A program made the position numbers and the translations under genes. From the NCBI GenBank assembly GCA_050739495.1, contig JBOIBL010000104.1, positions 1 through 40,847 of the forward strand: a DNA stretch of 40,847 nt, in the 5' to 3' direction. The stretch is from Gammaproteobacteria bacterium. Its GTDB lineage: Bacteria > Pseudomonadota > Gammaproteobacteria > Natronospirales > REEB76. The notes under the pieces are model-generated. The model worked only from the letters and a program-made list of their open reading frames with translations, was not told the DNA's origin and ran no database searches. Below, piece after piece: positions 7,148 through 13,861 of the stretch (positions are counted from its first letter, which is position 1; every line of letters starts with the position of its first letter).

Positions 7148-8862
7148 AAAGAGCAAGAACAGTCGTTCTCGTAGCCGGCTTCGGATTTTTCTTTCTGGCC
7201 GTATTTACCCAGGGTTTATTGCCCGCGATTCAGCCTCAATCACGCTATACCAAGGTATCGCGGGCAGTGCGGACCGATCGCGGCGATATGAAATGGATGT
7301 ACTCCAATGCCACCGACTACACCCCACTGGAAGCAAATGGGCGGGCCGTCTATCTGCGCGAGGGTTGCTGGTACTGTCATTCGCAGTACGTTCGGCCGGT
7401 CACGGGAGAAACTCTGCGATGGGGGCCGGTATCTGAGGTCGGTGAATATGCCTTCGATCAGCCGCATCTGCTGGGAACCCGCCGCATCGGACCCGATCTG
7501 ACCCGCGTCGGCGGCAAATACAGCGATGGCTGGCATCTGGCTCATTACTGGAACCCACGCATGCTGACACCGGACTCCATCATGCCGCGTTACAAACACC
7601 TGTTTGAAGGTGAATGGACCGCGGATGTGGTAACCGACTCACAGGGCCGCAAGACATTGCAGCAGGATGAAGAGACCAGGAAGCTGTTCGATTTCGGCAA
7701 TAAGGTTACTTTCAACCTGACTCCCAATCAGGATGGCCTGTTGTTTGTGCCTGATGATGCGAAGGGAAAATACCCGATAATCTTCACACCAAATAATGAA
7801 TTTACCGGCAAGCAGGTACATTTCGTTACCGAGAGCGATGACCTGCGTGGTCTGGTGGCATACGTGCAAAAGCTGGGCATGAACAGGGGTAAATGGCGCG
7901 ATACTTTCGAACCGCAGCTGCTGACCATAGAATCGCTTTCCATTCCTGAAGATCCCGAATGGATAGACGATGGCAAACGGATTTACGAGCACCGTTGCGA
8001 GGGTTGCCACGGCGCGAAGGGTGACGGAAATGGCCCGGCGGCGACATTCCTGGCAGTGCGCCCAAGGAATTTCACGTTAGGCGAATTCAAGTTCCGTCAT
8101 ACGCCATCCGGTTCGTTGCCAACGGACGGTGATTTGTTACAAACCATTACCCGCGGTGTGCGGGGTACCGCCATGCCGTCGTGGCATATGCTTACCGAAA
8201 AAGATCGCCTGGCACTGATCCAGTACATAAAATATGATTTAGCGGTGGACCGAAGCGACCCAAAACACCCGGTATCGTATTTCGTCGAAGATCCGCCGGA
8301 ACAACCGATATATATAGGTCTTGTTCCGCAAGCTACAGATGAAGTGATCGAGCACGGCCATGACATCTACCAGAAAGCCCGTTGCTGGGAATGTCATGGC
8401 AATGACGGTGCCGGCGATGGCCCCAAGGCAAACACACTTACTGACGACTGGGGATTCCCCATCGAGCCGGCAAATTTCGTTAAAGGTATTTTCAAATCCG
8501 GTCCATTGGTCACGGATATCTACCGCACGATTACGACCGGACTCAATGGCACACCGATGCCTTCTTACCACGACATTCTTGGTGACGATGACCGATGGGC
8601 GCTGTCTTATTACGTGCTTACCTTCTCGGCGTATCGTGCACCCGGTACCGGTGACCCGTTGGCAATATCGGAAGCTGATCGCGCAGCCCTCGACGATCCG
8701 GACATGCCGGCAGCCAGCCCGGCTGATGCGTACAAACCGTCCGAACAGAAGTTTGGTAAGGCTCCGGATGTTGCTTTGATACGGAATCTGGGTATGAAAA
8801 CTCTGGTGCCGTCAGCGAATTCGAAACCCGCTCCTGCCGCTGCCCAGGAAAAACCGAATTGA
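7144..8862 (+). CDS. ccoO: CcoO (monohaem subunit II of cbb3 oxidase) fused to a C-terminal dihaem cytochrome c (CcoP-like role)
   Basis: ATGA overlap with the ccoN stop. The N-terminal TM helix and REGCWYCHSQYVRP...PHLLGTRRIGPDLTRVGGKYSDGWHLAHYWNPR...SIMPRY...LVAYVQKLG make up a complete CcoO module (aa 1 to ~250). Two further CxxCH motifs follow (CEGCHG, CWECHG). The protein ends in a Pro/Ala-rich tail. Confidence 0.85.
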   Translation: MKRARTVVLVAGFGFFFLAVFTQGLLPAIQPQSRYTKVSRAVRTDRGDMKWMYSNATDYTPLEANGRAVYLREGCWYCHSQYVRPVTGETLRWGPVSEVGEYAFDQPHLLGTRRIGPDLTRVGGKYSDGWHLAHYWNPRMLTPDSIMPRYKHLFEGEWTADVVTDSQGRKTLQQDEETRKLFDFGNKVTFNLTPNQDGLLFVPDDAKGKYPIIFTPNNEFTGKQVHFVTESDDLRGLVAYVQKLGMNRGKWRDTFEPQLLTIESLSIPEDPEWIDDGKRIYEHRCEGCHGAKGDGNGPAATFLAVRPRNFTLGEFKFRHTPSGSLPTDGDLLQTITRGVRGTAMPSWHMLTEKDRLALIQYIKYDLAVDRSDPKHPVSYFVEDPPEQPIYIGLVPQATDEVIEHGHDIYQKARCWECHGNDGAGDGPKANTLTDDWGFPIEPANFVKGIFKSGPLVTDIYRTITTGLNGTPMPSYHDILGDDDRWALSYYVLTFSAYRAPGTGDPLAISEADRAALDDPDMPAASPADAYKPSEQKFGKAPDVALIRNLGMKTLVPSANSKPAPAAAQEKPN

Positions 8863-8875
8863 CGGAGCTTAATAT

Positions 8876-9058
8876 ATGTACCCACTAACCTCACTTATTT
8901 TCTGGCAGTTTCTTGTTGCAGTTCTGATGGGCGCTGCAGCACTTTGTCTGTTCGCATGGGCGGTGATCACCGGTCAGTTTTCAGATATAGAAAAAGCCAA
9001 ATATGATGCATACCACGCTGAAGTCAGCGAGGAGGATGATCATGACCAGCGGACCTGA
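8876..9058 (+). CDS. ccoS: cbb3 oxidase maturation protein CcoS/FixS
   Basis: 60 aa with a single TM helix followed by WAVITGQFSDIEKAKYD...EDD. This matches the CcoS pattern (WAxKSGQFDDLE) as I remember it. Its position directly after the cco structural genes supports the call. Confidence 0.75.
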   Translation: MYPLTSLIFWQFLVAVLMGAAALCLFAWAVITGQFSDIEKAKYDAYHAEVSEEDDHDQRT

Positions 9059-9251
9059 TCCGAACCGGAAAGGTGACGTCAATAAGAGTGATCCAGCTGA
9101 TCATCTCGAGGAGTTTGCCCAGGGCGAGATAAAGGTCAGGCACGGGAAAATCAATCTGTGGTTGCTGCCGGTTTACGCGATACTGTTCATCTGGGCCATT
9201 TATTACCTGTTCGTCTATTGGGGCGGATTGGGTCCGGGGTTGGATTACTGA
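9042..9251 (+). CDS. small membrane protein resembling the N-terminal (FixP_N) domain of CcoP
   Basis: I chose the start at Met14 of ORF 9003-9251 because GAGGAGG lies 6 nt upstream. It overlaps the ccoS 3' end by 17 nt. The product is 69 aa. It has a soluble stretch (...EFAQGEIKVRHGKINLWLLPVYAILFIWAIYYLFVYWGG) followed by one TM helix, as in the CcoP N-terminal anchor (DGIxE..N.lPrWW..lF..tI.fa..Y). Confidence 0.5.
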   Translation: MTSGPDPNRKGDVNKSDPADHLEEFAQGEIKVRHGKINLWLLPVYAILFIWAIYYLFVYWGGLGPGLDY

Positions 9252-9307
9252 GTGCGTAATTCGGATTCTGACGTATTGCACGATATCAATCGGTGTGAGG
9301 AATCGAC

Positions 9308-9442
9308 ATGAACAAACGGGTCATTAGAGCATTACTCATCTTCACGCTATTCAATTTGACCTATCTGGTTTTTGATATCTTTTACAATGTCCTGGGTGTG
9401 ATCTTTCACTGGGGAGGATTTCCGTCCGGCGGTTTGCTTTGA
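9308..9442 (+). CDS. 44-aa hydrophobic micro-protein (hypothetical)
   Basis: Not in the ORF track because it is under 60 aa. GAGGAA lies 5 nt upstream of the ATG. My translation is MNKRVIRALLIFTLFNLTYLVFDIFYNVLGVIFHWGGFPSGGLL. It has one predicted TM helix and lies within the cco maturation gene string. Confidence 0.35.
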   Translation: MNKRVIRALLIFTLFNLTYLVFDIFYNVLGVIFHWGGFPSGGLL

Positions 9443-9493
9443 GGCGGGCACTTATCCGATCCACGTGCACGGCGTGAAGAGAGGCTCATATAC

Positions 9494-9586
9494 ATGAACA
9501 TCTACGAAAAGATTGCATTTGGACTGTTTCTTGCATTTACGATCATCTTTTTCGCCTGGGTGGCTTACCTCGCTATCAAGAAGTGA
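9494..9586 (+). CDS. 30-aa single-TM micro-protein, possibly CcoQ-like
   Basis: Not in the ORF track. GAGAGG lies ~9 nt upstream. The translation is MNIYEKIAFGLFLAFTIIFFAWVAYLAIKK. Its stop is 3 nt before the next ATG (9590), which suggests translational coupling. The FFAWVAY...KK ending resembles the FixQ/CcoQ helix. Confidence 0.35.
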   Translation: MNIYEKIAFGLFLAFTIIFFAWVAYLAIKK

Positions 9587-9589
9587 CCG

Positions 9590-10264
9590 ATGCTCCAATA
9601 CCTGCTGGTCTTTGTTGCCGGTATGGCCGGCAGCTTTCATTGCGCTGGCATGTGCGGTGGCTTTGCCTGTGGTCTGACCCCGGATCCAAGAGGGAAACTT
9701 CATACCAGCCTGCGCCATTTTACCTATAACAGCGGTCGTGGCATCACGTATGTCTTTCTTGGCACATTCGCGGGTGTTACGGGCGGGTTTTTGCAACGCG
9801 GCGGGATCATTTTTGCGGAACGGACACTGGCTCTAACCGCCGGTCTGTTCATGGTGCTGATGGCCTTGAAGATCAGCGGTTATCTCGCCCATATCGGTAT
9901 AACCAGAACAGAAGCTACTGCAGGCCGGTTCCTGATTTTCTTCCGACGCCTTTTGGCAACGCCAGGGGTGAGCGCGCCGTTTGCATTCGGGCTGGCGAAC
10001 GGATTTCTCCCCTGCCCCTTGGTATATGCATTTCTGGCGCGGGCCGCGGCCACTGGAACACCATTGACCGGCGCTGCAACCATGGCCGCATTTGCGCTCG
10101 GCACGTTTCCCATGATGCTACTTCTGGGGGGGCTGGGGCCGGTGCTGCGCTATCAATGGCGGAAACGCGGCGCGGGAGTTGCTGCCGTCTTTCTGCTCCT
10201 ATTGGGCGTTATAACGGCTCTGAGGGCCTTTATTCCGCTTCAGATGCACATGCACATGGTATGA
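9590..10264 (+). CDS. DsbD_2 / TauE-SafE-like polytopic membrane protein (HCxxMCGG motif)
   Basis: 224 aa with about 6 TM helices. The N-terminal MAGSFHCAGMCGGFACG motif is characteristic of the DsbD_2-type cytochrome-biogenesis/permease family often found next to ccoI/ccoS. It overlaps the ccoI start by 4 nt. Confidence 0.55.
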   Translation: MLQYLLVFVAGMAGSFHCAGMCGGFACGLTPDPRGKLHTSLRHFTYNSGRGITYVFLGTFAGVTGGFLQRGGIIFAERTLALTAGLFMVLMALKISGYLAHIGITRTEATAGRFLIFFRRLLATPGVSAPFAFGLANGFLPCPLVYAFLARAAATGTPLTGAATMAAFALGTFPMMLLLGGLGPVLRYQWRKRGAGVAAVFLLLLGVITALRAFIPLQMHMHMV

Positions 10265-12357
10265 ACAGTTGCGCTCATTGCGGACTTCCAGCGGGTCACC
10301 GCCCATACGAACGCCGGATCGGGGGCGAGGCAACGGTGTTTTGCTGCTATGGCTGCTGTCTGGCCATGTTGCTCATGCGCGGCCGCGGCGATGAAGCCAA
10401 TGTGGCAGGACACCTGATTCGTCTGGGAATCGGTGTCTTTTTCGCGATGTTTATCATGCTTCTCAGTCTGGTCATATACAGTGGTTCCATTCCGGCAGAG
10501 GAACCTTCCCTTCGTCACTATGTGGATGTAATCCTGCTGGTACTTGCTACGCCAGTGGTGGTCCTGCTCGGTGGACCGTTCTTCCTTGGTACTTGGAGCG
10601 GATTGCGGCATGGCCGGATGACAAGTGATGCTCTGGTCGTTACCGCGGTACTGGTAGGTTATCTGTATTCGGCTTTCCAGGTATATATCGGCTCATCTCG
10701 CGTCTATTTCGATACCTTGACCATGGTGCTCTTGCTGTTCACATTGGGACGCTATCTGGAAGCATTGGGCCGTGCACGCGCCAATGGTGATCTCGAGGAA
10801 GCACTCGACCTCGGGCGGCAAATGGCGCACGTTGTCGAAGATGGAAAGACACGCAACATACCGGCATCGGAAATCGATTCTGGTTGGCTGATAAGCGTGC
10901 TTGCTGGAGAGCGGATACCCGTTGATGGCACCATCATCAGCGGCACCGGTGACATAGATGAAGCAATGCTCACGGGCGAATCAGTGCCGGTAGACAAGCA
11001 ACCCGGCGATATGGTGCAAGCCGGTTCGATCAACGGCATGGATACGTTGCTAATACGTTGCGCCCGACCGCTTGCTGCGTCCCGCTGGGCAGCCTTGGGG
11101 AGTCTGGTACGCCAGTCTCTGGCGCGGCGCTCTCCACTCGAAGATGTTGCGGATCGCATTGTCGGGTGGTTTTTACCGACAGTTTTGCTGGTTGCAGCGT
11201 CAGCCGTTTGCTACTGGTTTTATGACGGAGATCCAACGCGTGCCTTATCTAGTTGCCTTGCGGTACTCGTTGTCGCTTGCCCATGCGCACTCGGTCTTGC
11301 CGTGCCACTGGCTTCCTCCATGGGCGTTGCCGCGGCCCTGCGTCACGGTGTCGTCATCCACCGTGACGCGTTGGGAAGATTACCGTCTATCAGAGCTGTG
11401 GCGTTCGATAAAACCGGCACCCTCACGCGCGGTCACCCAACGCTCAGCCGGGTAGTCGCGTTCCCCGGCTTTTCGTCCGATGCTGTCATGGATATTGCAG
11501 TAACACTCGCCGTCGTTTCTGAGCATGTGCTTTCCAGGGCCATTGCAACTTCATCCATGCCGCAGGGAGACGCCGTCAATGTACGCACCTATCCCGGGTT
11601 TGGAATCGGCGGAGAAATAAATCGGCGACATTGCTCGATTGGATCACGTCGATTCATGGAGCAGCAGAAGATCGAGACTCCCGCTGGCGGTTACCACCGT
11701 GGCACCGAGATATGGGTGGCAGCAGGAAACAGTATCGCGGGCAAGATAATGTTGCACGACGCGCCCAGGCCGGAGATTCCGGACGTAATCGCGTGCTTGA
11801 AAGCCAAGAAAATTTATCCGGTGATATTAAGCGGCGATAACCCAGAGGCAGTTTCTGAAATCGCCAGGCAGGTGGGCATCGAAAAATATTTCGCCGAGAT
11901 GCGACCTGAAGACAAGTTGAGGGAACTATGCATTCTCAAAACTAAATACAAGCATATAGCAATGGTCGGGGATGGAATCAATGATGCACCGGTTCTTGCT
12001 GCGGCCGAGATAGGCATCGCAGTCGCTGACGCGTCAGGACTTGCGAAGGTATCTTCCCAGATCATGTTGCCACATGACGGGCTGGGTCAGTTGCCTTATC
12101 TATTTGAGCTCGCCAGCAAGGTAAGGCGCGTATCCGTCGATAATTTACGCTGGGCATTTTTTTATAATGTAATTGCTATCACGCTGGCTGCCGGTGGCCT
12201 TTTACAGCCGGTCTATGCAGCATCCTTGATGGCTGGTTCTAGTCTCATGGTGCTGCTCAATTCACAACGCCTACGACGTGATGCTGGGTATCCATTGAAT
12301 CAAGCTGCGAGAGATGCAGGCTACCGAACCGGTTGGAGCGAAGACCATGCTGGCTAA
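10261..12357 (+). CDS. ccoI: P1B-type copper-translocating ATPase, CcoI/FixI-like
   Basis: I moved the start to the ATG at 10261 ([10 protein letters not shown]...), which makes an ATGA overlap with the upstream stop. The N-terminal Cys-rich metal-binding domain (CAHCG...FCCYGCC) is typical of FixI/CcoI. Other motifs are TGESVPV, the membrane CPC ([13 protein letters not shown]), DKTGTLT and [10 protein letters not shown]. Confidence 0.85.
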   Translation: MNSCAHCGLPAGHRPYERRIGGEATVFCCYGCCLAMLLMRGRGDEANVAGHLIRLGIGVFFAMFIMLLSLVIYSGSIPAEEPSLRHYVDVILLVLATPVVVLLGGPFFLGTWSGLRHGRMTSDALVVTAVLVGYLYSAFQVYIGSSRVYFDTLTMVLLLFTLGRYLEALGRARANGDLEEALDLGRQMAHVVEDGKTRNIPASEIDSGWLISVLAGERIPVDGTIISGTGDIDEAMLTGESVPVDKQPGDMVQAGSINGMDTLLIRCARPLAASRWAALGSLVRQSLARRSPLEDVADRIVGWFLPTVLLVAASAVCYWFYDGDPTRALSSCLAVLVVACPCALGLAVPLASSMGVAAALRHGVVIHRDALGRLPSIRAVAFDKTGTLTRGHPTLSRVVAFPGFSSDAVMDIAVTLAVVSEHVLSRAIATSSMPQGDAVNVRTYPGFGIGGEINRRHCSIGSRRFMEQQKIETPAGGYHRGTEIWVAAGNSIAGKIMLHDAPRPEIPDVIACLKAKKIYPVILSGDNPEAVSEIARQVGIEKYFAEMRPEDKLRELCILKTKYKHIAMVGDGINDAPVLAAAEIGIAVADASGLAKVSSQIMLPHDGLGQLPYLFELASKVRRVSVDNLRWAFFYNVIAITLAAGGLLQPVYAASLMAGSSLMVLLNSQRLRRDAGYPLNQAARDAGYRTGWSEDHAG

Positions 12358-12679
12358 TGAAAAACTTGGCATCTTGGGAAATGACAATCCCACAAGCCCT
12401 TCACCCGCTTCCATGAGCGCAGATGAAACAATTTCGGCCATGAACGGTCTGGCTTGTCGGAAACGGGATCTTTTACTGACTAGAGCAACACGCAAACTCG
12501 CAAACGGCCAACCTGCCGATATCGTTCTTGAGAGGTTTGCCAGCCAGTTAACAAACTCATTATTGCATCCAGTCCTCGCCTGTTTGCGTAATATACCTGA
12601 TGAGATGAATCAGAAGCGCCTTCTGGAAGAAGTATGTGAATTATTCAATTTGGCGACAGCTGATCGAGATGAAAAATAG
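12347..12679 (+). CDS. small protein homologous to the C-terminal dimerisation domain of glutamyl-tRNA reductase (HemA); a stand-alone domain or a hemA remnant
   Basis: GGAG lies 8 nt upstream of the ATG at 12347, which overlaps the ccoI stop. The sequence ...[45 protein letters not shown]...[12 protein letters not shown] aligns by eye with HemA C-termini (e.g. E. coli ...[41 protein letters not shown]...RLNILRDSLGL). No catalytic or NADPH domain is present upstream. Confidence 0.45.
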   Translation: MLANEKLGILGNDNPTSPSPASMSADETISAMNGLACRKRDLLLTRATRKLANGQPADIVLERFASQLTNSLLHPVLACLRNIPDEMNQKRLLEEVCELFNLATADRDEK

Positions 12680-12692
12680 CGATTGAGCTGCG

Positions 12693-13409
12693 TTAGCCGC
12701 CATTGCCTTGTGTTTCGTCATGTTCATTTGCCGGCTCGATACGCCCCCTGAAGCGTTCGACATCGATTTCCTTCGGAGACTTCCCCACCAACTTGGCCTG
12801 AGCAGGCCGGGTTTGCTGGGTCAACTGATAAGGCACGACCCATTTGTATGGTGCTGCGTTGGGCTGGGCACCAAGATGATAGACCCACACTGTGAGTGTG
12901 TCGTGCCCATGCAATTTATCAAACGTTGGACCGTCAATGAGTGCGACCAGCGTATGCCCTGGCAACAGGTCTGGAAGTTTGATCGGTTGCGACAAGACAG
13001 TCTGACCATCCAGATCAAATGCACAAATGCTGTGATCGGTATCCAGAACTTGCTGCGAATTGTTGGTAAACGTGAGTTTTATGACCGGTTCAGGCGGGTT
13101 GTTTTTGTAAAATGGAATCCGATACACGATATAGAGTTTTGGCGGATTAGGCATCATGAAGTAATCGCCGTTTACCCGTGAAGTTATCTCATATCGATAA
13201 TAGAGTTCAGGAAGATTGTCTCGAACATTGAGATTTGCATGTAACCCATCCTGATCTTGTGGTTGTGTTACATCGCCGAATTTGAGGGCCTGTGCCTGAA
13301 TTTGCACGGGGTAGGAATCGGGTAAAGGAGTATCTGAGCCCTGTTCCGTTATGCAACCGGCGGTGAAGATACTGATGGTCACCGCAAGTAAAATCCCCGA
13401 TTTGTGCAC
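12693..13409 (-). CDS. lipoprotein, function unknown
   Basis: GTG start with GAGGAG 8 nt upstream. It has a lipobox-type signal (MHKSGILLAVTISIFTAGC|ITEQ). I recognise no family. Confidence 0.6.
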   Translation of the reverse strand: MHKSGILLAVTISIFTAGCITEQGSDTPLPDSYPVQIQAQALKFGDVTQPQDQDGLHANLNVRDNLPELYYRYEITSRVNGDYFMMPNPPKLYIVYRIPFYKNNPPEPVIKLTFTNNSQQVLDTDHSICAFDLDGQTVLSQPIKLPDLLPGHTLVALIDGPTFDKLHGHDTLTVWVYHLGAQPNAAPYKWVVPYQLTQQTRPAQAKLVGKSPKEIDVERFRGRIEPANEHDETQGNGG

Positions 13410-13423
13410 GATACAATCTCCTC

Positions 13424-13469
13424 AAAAAAACAGGCACCACCTCCGGCTGGTCAAGCCGAAGGTGGTGCC
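13424..13469 (-). terminator. rho-independent terminator between the cytochrome c gene and the lipoprotein gene
   Basis: On the minus strand, GGCACCACCT (13469-13460) pairs perfectly with AGGTGGTGCC (13442-13433). Five further inner base pairs follow, around a 5-nt loop. A TGTTTTTTT run follows (plus-strand A-run 13424-13430). Confidence 0.75.
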
Positions 13470-13492
13470 CCGTGAATGCAACCGCGGGTTGC

Positions 13493-13840
13493 TTATTTCT
13501 GCAAATCACCGCGGATGTAACTGACCACAGCTTTCAGGTCGGCGTCTGAAAAATGCCATGCAGGCATCGCGACTGGCAGGTCCTTGTATTTTTTCTGGTC
13601 ACCGCTACGTCCATTCTGGATGGCCTCATCAATATCCGCGATCTTGCCATTAATCACAAATGGATCGCCTTTCAGTGCAGGAGCGAGCCCCGGCGTGCCT
13701 TGACCATCCTTGCCATGGCAACTGACACATTTGGAACCAAAGATATCCGCCCCCGATTCTGCATATGCGGTGGAGGAAAAGACCAGAATCAGGCTGGCAC
13801 CGAGCAGAGCCGATATCAACTTGTTTCTATGCGCCATCAT
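13493..13840 (-). CDS. periplasmic monohaem class I cytochrome c
   Basis: 115 aa with a signal peptide (...VFSSTAYA|ESG), one CxxCH (CVSCHG) and a distal Met region (LPVAMPAW). It is paralogous to the 15420-15830 product (shared ...NGR.G....Y.D.P..MP.....DL....YI/LKGD). Confidence 0.85.
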   Translation of the reverse strand: MMAHRNKLISALLGASLILVFSSTAYAESGADIFGSKCVSCHGKDGQGTPGLAPALKGDPFVINGKIADIDEAIQNGRSGDQKKYKDLPVAMPAWHFSDADLKAVVSYIRGDLQK

Positions 13841-13861
13841 TACACCTGTTTATGGTTTGGT

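Noticed and set aside
10156-10260. An N-terminal extension of the P-type ATPase ORF (track start at 10156)
   Set aside because: The extension overlaps the 3' end of the DsbD_2-like gene by more than 100 nt and adds Arg/Ser-rich sequence unlike any ATPase. The ATG at 10261 gives the FixI-type Cys-rich N-terminus and a 4-nt coupling overlap.
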